A DNA stretch of 32,000 bases from Haliscomenobacter hydrossis DSM 1100 (GTDB lineage Bacteria > Bacteroidota > Bacteroidia > Chitinophagales > Saprospiraceae). The notes under the pieces were generated by a model. That model had not been told where the DNA came from, ran no database searches, and worked only from the letters and a program-made list of their open reading frames with translations. The stretch covers positions 2,536,315-2,568,314 of the forward strand of contig NC_015510.1 of assembly GCF_000212735.1 (NCBI RefSeq), in the 5' to 3' direction. The translations under genes were made by a program, and so were the position numbers. Positions 14,874 to 21,990 of this stretch are shown here, piece by piece (the stretch's first letter is position 1; each line of letters starts with the position of its first letter).

Positions 14874-14947
14874 CGCCTCAGGTAGGGCTCGAACCTACGA
14901 CCTACGGATTAACAGTCCGCCGCTCTAACCGGCTGAGCTACTGAGGC
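14874..14947 (-). tRNA. tRNA-Asn(GTT): tRNA-Asn (anticodon GTT)
   Basis: I folded the minus-strand sequence by hand as a cloverleaf: GCCTCAG TA GCTC AGCCGGTTA GAGC G GCGGA CTGTTAA TCCGT AGGTC GTAGG TTCGAGC CCTAC CTGAGGC G. It is 74 nt with all four stems paired. The anticodon loop is CU-GUU-AA. The 3' CCA is not encoded. Confidence 0.93.
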
Positions 14948-15045
14948 ACTTGCCGGTGCAATTATCGAATTGCGTGTGCAAATGTATGCCAACTCGAAAT
15001 AATGTGCAATATTTGCGGCGTAAATTTTCAAAAAATATTTTCATC

Positions 15046-15972
15046 ATGAGTTTACTCGCGGTAGGTACCGTCGCATTTGACGATATCGAAACGCCTTGGG
15101 GCCGGGCAGAAATGGCCATTGGAGGCGCAGCTACATACATCACTTTGGCAGCGTCTCACTTTTTGAATGACCTGCGCCTAGTGTCGGTTATCGGTGACGA
15201 TTTCCCTCAAGACATGTTGAGTTTTATGCGTCAGCGGGGCATCAACCTCGAAGGCTTACAAGTGAAGGAGAATGAAAAATCCTTCTTTTGGGCCGGTCGT
15301 TACCATAATAATATGAACTCCCGGGATACCCTGGATACGCAGTTGAACGTACTGGCTACCTTTGATCCGGTATTGCCAGAATCCTACAAGGACACGGAGT
15401 ACCTCATGTTGGGCAACCTCACTCCGGCAGTACAACTGCGGGTCATTGAGCAAATGAACAAACGCCCCAAACTGATCGCCCTGGATACGATGAACTTCTG
15501 GATGGACATTGCCTGGGACAGCTTGATGGAAGTTTTGGGCAAAATCGACATGCTCATCATCAACGATGAAGAAGCCCGCCAACTTTCGGGTGAACATTCT
15601 CTGGTGAAAGCCGCGCACAAAATCCATGCCCTGGGTCCACGTTTTTTGGTGATCAAAAAAGGCGAACATGGTGCCCTGTTGTTTGAAGGAGATAAATTGT
15701 TCTTTGCTCCGGCTTTGCCACTGCAAGAAGTAATTGATCCAACGGGCGCTGGAGATACCTTTGCGGGTGGTTTCATGGGTTACATCGCCAAAACCGAGGA
15801 CATCTCTTTTGAAAACATGAAGCGGGCCATTATTTATGGCTCGGCGATGGCGTCTTTCTGTGTGGAGCAATTCAGTGTAGAAGCCCTCAAATCGCTGAAC
15901 GCTGCTCAAATCAATGAGCGGGTGCAGCGTTTTGTGGAATTGGTGAATTTTGATTTGGTAATGGAAATCTAA
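15046..15972 (+). CDS. PfkB-family carbohydrate/nucleoside kinase (ribokinase-like)
   Basis: Contains the ribokinase-family signature DPTGAGDTFAGGF near the C-terminus. The ATG at 15046 gives MSLLAVGTVAFDDIETPWG. The upstream extension from 14950 overlaps the tRNA region. Confidence 0.85.
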   Translation: MSLLAVGTVAFDDIETPWGRAEMAIGGAATYITLAASHFLNDLRLVSVIGDDFPQDMLSFMRQRGINLEGLQVKENEKSFFWAGRYHNNMNSRDTLDTQLNVLATFDPVLPESYKDTEYLMLGNLTPAVQLRVIEQMNKRPKLIALDTMNFWMDIAWDSLMEVLGKIDMLIINDEEARQLSGEHSLVKAAHKIHALGPRFLVIKKGEHGALLFEGDKLFFAPALPLQEVIDPTGAGDTFAGGFMGYIAKTEDISFENMKRAIIYGSAMASFCVEQFSVEALKSLNAAQINERVQRFVELVNFDLVMEI

Positions 15973-15973
15973 A

Positions 15974-16089
15974 TAGGGTTCGGGGGGTCGAGGGTTCGGG
16001 AGTTCGAAGGTTGGGTTCAAGGGTTATGCAAAACTCTACCCAACCCTCGAACTCCCGAACCTTCGAACCCTCGAACCCCCGAACCCTAA
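15974..16089. repeat. Periodic-arm hairpin element, GGTTCGRR type
   Basis: TAGGGTTCGGGGGGTCGAGGGTTCGGGAGTTCGAAGGTTGGGT ... ACCCAACCCTCGAACTCCCGAACCTTCGAACCCTCGAACCCCCGAACCCTAA. It starts 1 nt after the pfkB-family stop and ends 5 nt before the AAA gene ATG. The right arm has one more unit than the left. Confidence 0.9.
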
Positions 16090-16094
16090 GAGAA

Positions 16095-17171
16095 ATGGAC
16101 ATCCTCCGCCCACATGCCGAAAACGTCTTTGCCGCTGAACTGGTGGCACTGGCGGCCAGTGACCAACATGTACGGCCACGCAACTGGAAGCTGTCGCCCT
16201 GGGCGGTGGTGACCTACCTGATGGGCGGAAAGTTGGATACGGGTGAAGAAATCAGCCCCAAATATTTCGGTCAGCGCCGTTTGATTGAAGTGGCGGTGGC
16301 TACACTGGCTACCGATCGTGCTTTGTTGCTGATGGGGGTTCCGGGAACAGCCAAAACCTGGGTCTCGGAGCATTTGGCAGCAGCCATTAGTGGAAATTCA
16401 ACTTTATTGGTGCAAGGTACGGCGGGCATGAGCGAAGACGCTTTGCGTTACGGCTGGAATTACGCCCGCCTTTTGGCCGAAGGACCTTCCGAGAGAGCCT
16501 TGGTGGCCAGTCCGGTGATGCACGGCATGCAACACGGGCAGTTGGTGCGCATTGAAGAACTGACCCGCATCCCCTCGGATGTGCAGGATGCCCTGATTAC
16601 GATTCTTTCCGAAAAAACCTTACCCATTCCCGAACTCAATACCGAGGTGCAAGCTACCCGGGGTTTCAACATCATTGCCACAGCCAACGACCGCGATCGC
16701 GGGGTAAATGAACTCTCCAGCGCTTTGCAGCGCCGCTTCAACACCGTGGTTTTGCCCCTGCCCAGCAGCCTGGAGGAGGAAGTAGAAATTGTACAAACTC
16801 GGGTAAACCAATTGGGCAAAGCCCTTGAATTGGCCGAGGCCAAAGTACCCAGTGAAGAAATTCGCCGATTGGTGACCATCTTCCGTGAGCTGCGCTCGGG
16901 ACGCACCGAAGACGGTAAACTCAAACTCAAATCCCCTACGGCTACCCTCAGCACTGCCGAAGTCATCTCCGTCATCAACAGTGGGCAGTCGCTTTGTCTG
17001 CATTTTGGCGATGGCCAACTGCGGGCCCGCGATTTGGCGTCCAGCTTAACCGGTGCCATCATCAAAGATACTTCGCTGGATGCCGAAGTTTGGCAGGAAT
17101 ACCTGGAAACGGTAATCAAGGGCCGGGAAGGCTGGGGGGATTTGTATCGGGCGTGTAAGGAAGGAGTTTAG
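16095..17171 (+). CDS. MoxR/AAA_5-like AAA+ ATPase (no adjacent partner gene)
   Basis: Walker A is GVPGTAKT and the Walker B region is QLVRIEELTR. NIIATAN looks like sensor 1 and SALQRRF like the arginine-finger region. The ATG at 16095 gives MDILRPHAENVF. The ORF-track extension from 16011 translates the hairpin arm. Confidence 0.82.
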   Translation: MDILRPHAENVFAAELVALAASDQHVRPRNWKLSPWAVVTYLMGGKLDTGEEISPKYFGQRRLIEVAVATLATDRALLLMGVPGTAKTWVSEHLAAAISGNSTLLVQGTAGMSEDALRYGWNYARLLAEGPSERALVASPVMHGMQHGQLVRIEELTRIPSDVQDALITILSEKTLPIPELNTEVQATRGFNIIATANDRDRGVNELSSALQRRFNTVVLPLPSSLEEEVEIVQTRVNQLGKALELAEAKVPSEEIRRLVTIFRELRSGRTEDGKLKLKSPTATLSTAEVISVINSGQSLCLHFGDGQLRARDLASSLTGAIIKDTSLDAEVWQEYLETVIKGREGWGDLYRACKEGV

Positions 17172-17300
17172 GGTTCGAAAGTTCGGGGGTTCGGGGGTTC
17201 CAACGGGCAACTCGACTCCTCTTCGACTTCGCTCAGCGACCAGCTCGGCAACCCTTGGAACCCTCGAACTTTCGAACCCCCGAACTTTCGAACCCTAAAA
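17169..17300. repeat. Periodic-arm hairpin element, GGTTCGRR type
   Basis: TAGGGTTCGAAAGTTCGGGGGTTCGGGGGTTCC ... GGAACCCTCGAACTTTCGAACCCCCGAACTTTCGAACCCTAAAA. Its first three nt are the TAG stop of the AAA gene, and it ends 8 nt before the MATE ATG. The loop contains CTTCGACTTCGCTCAGCGACC, the reverse complement of the loop core at 2826-2846. Confidence 0.9.
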
Positions 17301-17308
17301 CATAAAAC

Positions 17309-18634
17309 ATGTTAAGTTCCGAACTCCGTATCTTGATCAAACTCGGCCTCCCCATAGCCCTGGCGGAGCTCAGCGGCATGGTTTTGGCTACCCTGGGTAC
17401 CTATATGATTGGGCAAATTGGGGTAACGGATGTAGCAGCAGCCGGGGCCGCAAACCCGATATTCTGGCTGGTGGCGCTGATTGGCATTGGAGGTTTGTCC
17501 ATGACTTCTCCACTGGTGGCCGCAGCGGACGAACGTGACGAACCCGCCGAGGTCAAACGCATTTTATTTGCCAGCAGCATTACTTCGTTGCTTTTTGCCG
17601 GAGTTGAAATCTTATTCTTGGTTTTGCTCAATCTCAATTTTCACCTATTGGGTCATCAGGCCGATGTCGCAGCACTGGCACAACCTTACCTATGGCTGTT
17701 GATCGCCCAAATGCCGATGATGTCCCTGTATTTCAATTTGATCTATTTTACGGACGGCCTTTCGCTGACCAGAGTAGGCCTGGTTTTTTCCCTGCTTGGA
17801 TTTGTTTTTGGCGCACTTTTAAATTGGCTCTTTGTTTTTGGGCATTGGGGCTTTCCTCAACTGGGCCTTTATGGACTGGGGCTTTCCTCCATGTTGACCA
17901 TCATCCTGCAATTGGGTGCCATGGTCGTCTATTTGCGCAACAGCCGCCGTTTCCGGCACATCATGGCACCAAACATTACTTGGTCAGCGATTTGGAGCAA
18001 GACCAGAGATTATATTTCCGTAGCTCTCCCCGTCAGTGGGCAAGCCTTGATTGAATACTCTGCCTATGCCGTGGGGGCCATCTGGATTGGCCAACTGGGC
18101 AAATACCCATTGGCCGGGCACCAGGTCGCGATGACCCTGGTGGGAACAACTTTTGTGGTCTTAATGGCAATTGGTACGGCCGGATCGATTAGGATTGGGC
18201 AAGCCTTTGGGCAAAAAAATCCCGCACAGATTCGTTTATCGGGTTATGCCGCAATGCTTTTGGCCGTAGGTTTGGTATTGATTCCGGCCTTGTCGTTTAT
18301 GTTTGCTTCTGACGCGATTGCCCGGTTTTTTATTGACGATCCCAAGGTGTGGGACATCGCGGCTTCTTTAATCGTCATCGCCGGTTTTTTCCAGGTTTCT
18401 GACGCCATGCAATCGGTAGGCATTTCCTTGTTGCGGGGTATGGAGGATACACGGATGCCTTCGCTCATTTCTTTTGTAGCGTACTGGGCACTAGGTATGC
18501 CCATCGCCTATTGGCTGATTTTTCACTTGAATTGGGGCGTACAAGGGGTTTGGATCGGATTTTTAATTGCACTGACTACGCAGGCGGTTTGGTTTACCTG
18601 GCGTTTCAATGAGTTGAGCAGGAGGCAGGTTTGA
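17309..18634 (+). CDS. MATE-family efflux transporter
   Basis: 441 aa and about 12 predicted hydrophobic helices. Overall composition and length fit NorM/DinF-type MATE exporters. The assignment is by pattern recall, not alignment. Confidence 0.8.
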   Translation: MLSSELRILIKLGLPIALAELSGMVLATLGTYMIGQIGVTDVAAAGAANPIFWLVALIGIGGLSMTSPLVAAADERDEPAEVKRILFASSITSLLFAGVEILFLVLLNLNFHLLGHQADVAALAQPYLWLLIAQMPMMSLYFNLIYFTDGLSLTRVGLVFSLLGFVFGALLNWLFVFGHWGFPQLGLYGLGLSSMLTIILQLGAMVVYLRNSRRFRHIMAPNITWSAIWSKTRDYISVALPVSGQALIEYSAYAVGAIWIGQLGKYPLAGHQVAMTLVGTTFVVLMAIGTAGSIRIGQAFGQKNPAQIRLSGYAAMLLAVGLVLIPALSFMFASDAIARFFIDDPKVWDIAASLIVIAGFFQVSDAMQSVGISLLRGMEDTRMPSLISFVAYWALGMPIAYWLIFHLNWGVQGVWIGFLIALTTQAVWFTWRFNELSRRQV

Positions 18635-18666
18635 TATCATTTTGAGGGTGGAGACCTTGCATGCTG

Positions 18667-19035
18667 TTATTGTAAAGGATTAATGACCATCAATCCATTT
18701 ATCCCTGTAAAATCAGTGGTATTTCTTGTAATCAACACTTCTCCAAGTACCACTGCAGTAGCAGCAATAAGAGCATCACCTAAAGACATTTTCCTTGTTT
18801 TTCGGAGTTCAACTGCTGTATGGATTACCAAATCATCGACAGGCGCAATTTGCACAATCTTGAATAGGCTTTCAAAGTAGATGATTTGAGCAGGAGTAAT
18901 TCGGTGAAAACCTAGCGTTTCGACTATGCTGATGGCAGAGGCAAAATTCCTAACATCGGTAACGTAAGAAAGCAATTGTGGTGCAAATTGTGCTTCTCCT
19001 GAATAGATGAGAATATTTGTATCGAGCAATGGCAT
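18667..19035 (-). CDS. vapC: PIN-domain ribonuclease toxin (VapC-like)
   Basis: 122 aa. The conserved acidic residues of a PIN fold are in the expected places: MPLLDTNILIY (D5), SIVETLGF (E), LGDALIAATA (D) and TRNTTDF (D). A small upstream ORF lies 12 nt away. Confidence 0.85.
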   Translation of the reverse strand: MPLLDTNILIYSGEAQFAPQLLSYVTDVRNFASAISIVETLGFHRITPAQIIYFESLFKIVQIAPVDDLVIHTAVELRKTRKMSLGDALIAATAVVLGEVLITRNTTDFTGINGLMVINPLQ

Positions 19036-19047
19036 AGTCTAAGCTGA

Positions 19048-19278
19048 TTATCGAAAGGGTAAAGCCCGATCTTGACGGGATTCAATTTGATAACTTAGAG
19101 CATCTCCAAATGAATCCATGTCGCACCCCTTACTAACAACATCAATGGCAGCTTCGACCTCTTCTGGGCTAGTGGTTGTATTCTCTAAACTAGAAAAACG
19201 GATTTTGAGTTGCAGCAGCAAAGGCAACAAAATATCTAAATCACTTTGATTTGAAATTTCTAAAACCAGTTTTGTCAT
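19048..19278 (-). CDS. Putative antitoxin of the PIN toxin
   Basis: A 76 aa ORF lies immediately upstream of and co-oriented with the PIN gene. I recognise no DNA-binding fold. The C-terminal tail DALSYQIESRQDRALPFR resembles tails I recall from Bacteroidota PIN-associated antitoxins. Confidence 0.6.
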   Translation of the reverse strand: MTKLVLEISNQSDLDILLPLLLQLKIRFSSLENTTTSPEEVEAAIDVVSKGCDMDSFGDALSYQIESRQDRALPFR

Positions 19279-19302
19279 ATCAAATAGGCATATGTAATGC
19301 TA

Positions 19303-19310
19303 CAAAGTTA
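19303..19310 (-). promoter_or_regulatory. Candidate Bacteroidota-type -7 box (TAACTTTG) for the antitoxin/PIN operon
   Basis: The minus strand reads TAACTTTG, matching TAnnTTTG, 24 nt upstream of the antitoxin ATG in the 61-nt gap after rsgA. Confidence 0.3.
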
Positions 19311-19339
19311 TGCATTTTATTTTCTCCACACCAGTCCAT

Positions 19340-20287
19340 TTACATGTTTTTCTTCCGCTCCCAATGGTTCAAATCTTCAATTTCTTGTAAAATGTACAAG
19401 TAGTTTTCATAACGCAGTGGGCTGATCTCTTCTTTTTCGAGGGCGGCTTTGACGGCACAATTGGGCTCGTTGCGGTGCAGACAAGCCCCACCGAAACGAC
19501 ACTGACTGGAAAGCGCAAAAAATTCCCTAAAATTGTGGGCAATTTGATTCGGTTCCAAATGGATAAAACCAAGGGTTTTGATGCCTGGAGTATCGATGAT
19601 TTGACCACCAAAATCCAGCGGATGCATCTCCGCGAATGTGGTGGTGTGTTGACCTTTGCCGGAGTACTCCGAAATATCTCCTACCCGCAGATCCAGACTA
19701 GCTTGAATCTGGTTGAGTAAACTTGATTTGCCTACCCCCGATTGACCACTGAGCATGGTCACTTTGTCTTTGAGCAGAGCTTTCAATTCTTCTACTCCAT
19801 CCCCCGTTTTTGCCGAAGCGAGAATCACGGTATAACCCAGGCCTTGGTACAAGTCTTCCATGTAGGCAAACACCTCAAAATCCGCATCTTCGTACAAGTC
19901 CGCTTTGTTGAATACGATGATGGTGGGAATTTCGTACGGCTCAACCATGAGTAAAAAGCGGTCGATAAACCCTGGTTTCAAACGCGGATTGGTAATGGTG
20001 GTCACCAATAAGGCCTGGTCAATGTTGCTGGCCAGCAGGTGGAGTTCGTGCTTGCGGTGGGGGGATTGACGGACTACATAATTTTTGCGGGGAAGTACCC
20101 CTTTGATCAACCCATTTCCCGTTTCATTTTCCATTTCGAGGCTCACCTCGTCTCCTACGGCGATGGGGTTGGTGAGGGGAAGGTCATTCAGACGCAATTT
20201 GCCAACAACCCGGCAATCCAATACTTTTCCGTCTTCCAAGCGCACCTGGTACCAACTTCCCGTAGACTTAATGACAATTCCTTGCAT
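19340..20287 (-). CDS. rsgA: Ribosome small-subunit-dependent GTPase A
   Basis: The N-terminal OB-like block is MQGIVIKSTGSWYQVR. G motifs appear in circularly permuted order (VFNKADL ... GQSGVGKSSLLN ... DTPG). The C-terminal zinc knuckle is CRFGGACLHRNEPNCAV. Confidence 0.92.
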   Translation of the reverse strand: MQGIVIKSTGSWYQVRLEDGKVLDCRVVGKLRLNDLPLTNPIAVGDEVSLEMENETGNGLIKGVLPRKNYVVRQSPHRKHELHLLASNIDQALLVTTITNPRLKPGFIDRFLLMVEPYEIPTIIVFNKADLYEDADFEVFAYMEDLYQGLGYTVILASAKTGDGVEELKALLKDKVTMLSGQSGVGKSSLLNQIQASLDLRVGDISEYSGKGQHTTTFAEMHPLDFGGQIIDTPGIKTLGFIHLEPNQIAHNFREFFALSSQCRFGGACLHRNEPNCAVKAALEKEEISPLRYENYLYILQEIEDLNHWERKKNM

Positions 20288-20292
20288 TCTTT

Positions 20293-20416
20293 GACGTTGA
20301 AATGTTGAAGCGTTGAATGGTTGAAAAGAAGTTTAAAGGCTGTTGAGTTAAAAAGACCAGTTTACTTATACACTTTGAAACTTCTTTTCAACTCTTCAAC
20401 ATTTCAACTCTTCAAC
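20293..20416. repeat. Periodic-arm hairpin element, GTTGAANN unit type
   Basis: GACGTTGAAATGTTGAAGCGTTGAATGGTTGAAAAGAAGTTTAAAG ... CTTTGAAACTTCTTTTCAACTCTTCAACATTTCAACTCTTCAAC. It fills the gap between the GGGPS stop (20424) and the rsgA start (20287) on the minus strand. Confidence 0.88.
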
Positions 20417-20423
20417 TCTTTCT

Positions 20424-21173
20424 CTAAATATTTCCTGCCGCCCGAACAGCGGCGGCAATTTCAATCAACAAGGCTGGATCTTTCTCCAGCGCATTACCCA
20501 CTACCAGCAGATCTGCGCCCGCCCGTAGGTTCGTGTACGCTTTTTCGGGCGTGCGGATGCCGCCGCCCGTGATCAGGGGAATTTCCACTTCCTCCCGTAC
20601 CGCCGCAATCATTTCTGGGCTAACCGGTTTCTGTGCTCCACTGCCAGCGTCAAGGTACAACATCTTTAGGCCCAGCATGGTTCCCGCCATGGCTGTGCAC
20701 ACTGCAATTTCAATTTTTTCGGGGGGAATCGGCTGAGTACCACTCATATAGGCCGCGGTCGTACTTACGCCCCCATCGATCAACATGTATCCAGTGGGGA
20801 TGATTTCCAGGCCAGAAGCTTTTAAATAGGGTGCGGCGATGACGTGCTGACCGATTAACAGATCGGGGTTGCGGCCAGAGATCAAGGAAAGTAAAAGGAT
20901 GGCATCCGCTTGAGCTGATATTTGCAAAGGACTACCAGGAAAAATCACCAAGGGCTGAGGTACGGAGCGGCGGAGCAATTGTAAACATTCCTCCATTTTT
21001 TCATCCATGAGTAAACTGCCGCCGATGAAAAAAAAGTCGATGCCCTGCTCCGCCAAGGCAATAAGTGCTTCCAACGACTGGGTACGTAGTCGATCCGGGT
21101 CAATTAAAACCGCCAGTTGTTTCCGTCCCACTTCTTGAGACTTCACAATAGATGCATACACCGCTTGATTCAC
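20424..21173 (-). CDS. Geranylgeranylglyceryl/heptaprenylglyceryl phosphate synthase family protein (PcrB/GGGPS)
   Basis: 249 aa TIM-barrel type with the blocks DFFFIGGSLL, GGGIRTPEKA and LLVVGNALEKDP, characteristic of the GGGPS/PcrB family. Confidence 0.85.
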   Translation of the reverse strand: MNQAVYASIVKSQEVGRKQLAVLIDPDRLRTQSLEALIALAEQGIDFFFIGGSLLMDEKMEECLQLLRRSVPQPLVIFPGSPLQISAQADAILLLSLISGRNPDLLIGQHVIAAPYLKASGLEIIPTGYMLIDGGVSTTAAYMSGTQPIPPEKIEIAVCTAMAGTMLGLKMLYLDAGSGAQKPVSPEMIAAVREEVEIPLITGGGIRTPEKAYTNLRAGADLLVVGNALEKDPALLIEIAAAVRAAGNI

Positions 21174-21186
21174 ATTGTTGTTTTCC

Positions 21187-21990
21187 CTATTGGCATTGTG
21201 GGTTGATGCCTAAAACGTATTTTTCCACCACACTAATTTCAGGGGCTGTTTCTGACCCTGAAAACCCCGTAATCATCTTGTCTTTCATTTGACTGCGTGC
21301 CAAAGTAGTCAATTTTTGTGAAACTGGCAGGTAAGACCAATGCCACTTTTCTTCATTGTACCCATCAGGGCGCTGCTCGTTTTTGACGGAATAGGGTTGG
21401 CAAAATCCAAAATTACCGGCATTTTTCAGCAACCAGGCGTAGATTTTTTGCCCTTCTCCTTGTTGAAACCACTTATCCGAGAGGTTATTCAGGTCAATAT
21501 CGGTTCCCCAATGGTGGCGCGATGCGCCGGGCATGGCGCTGTATTCCAGAATTTTCAGGGCGCGATCTTTGGCTTTGGGATAAGCTTGAGCGGCATTTTG
21601 GCCATTGGACAAAATACGGCTACCGTTCCACTTGGCTTCCCAGATGCCCTTTTGCACCTGAAAATTGCGGGCAGCGGAGATGATTTTTAAGGAAATTCCT
21701 TCTTTTTGCGCAGCAGCAAACATGGCCTGGAAGGATTCGTAAGCGTCTTTGCGCAGGTACATGTCAGCCCGATCGGAAAAAGGAGGTGTGATTTTGGTAA
21801 AATCCGGGTGTTTGGCTGGATCAAAACGCCCCATCAGGTAGTCGAGGTCAAAACCTTCCGCATGCGGTTGGCCTGGTTCATTTTGGGCTGAAGTTTCAAG
21901 AGCCTTAGCAGCGTTGGCCTTCGCGGGCGCATCACTGCAACTGGCGCTCCAGAGGCCAAAAAACAGGATGGGGATTAACAATTTCATCAT
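21187..21990 (-). CDS. Peptidase M15 (VanY / D-alanyl-D-alanine carboxypeptidase-like) lipoprotein
   Basis: Has a lipoprotein-type signal peptide (MMKLLIPILFFGLWSASCSD) and a metal-binding block (SRHHWGTDIDLN). Its ATG overlaps the upstream gene's TGA, reading TGATG on the minus strand at 21992-21988. Confidence 0.82.
   Translation of the reverse strand: MMKLLIPILFFGLWSASCSDAPAKANAAKALETSAQNEPGQPHAEGFDLDYLMGRFDPAKHPDFTKITPPFSDRADMYLRKDAYESFQAMFAAAQKEGISLKIISAARNFQVQKGIWEAKWNGSRILSNGQNAAQAYPKAKDRALKILEYSAMPGASRHHWGTDIDLNNLSDKWFQQGEGQKIYAWLLKNAGNFGFCQPYSVKNEQRPDGYNEEKWHWSYLPVSQKLTTLARSQMKDKMITGFSGSETAPEISVVEKYVLGINPQCQ

Noticed and set aside
14718-15045. tRNA-Asn as an integration site for a genomic island or prophage
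   Set aside because: No integrase, no direct repeat of the tRNA 3' end and no phage or IS genes are present on either side. The flanks are an SDR gene and a pfkB-family kinase. The neighbouring palindromes belong to the general hairpin families.
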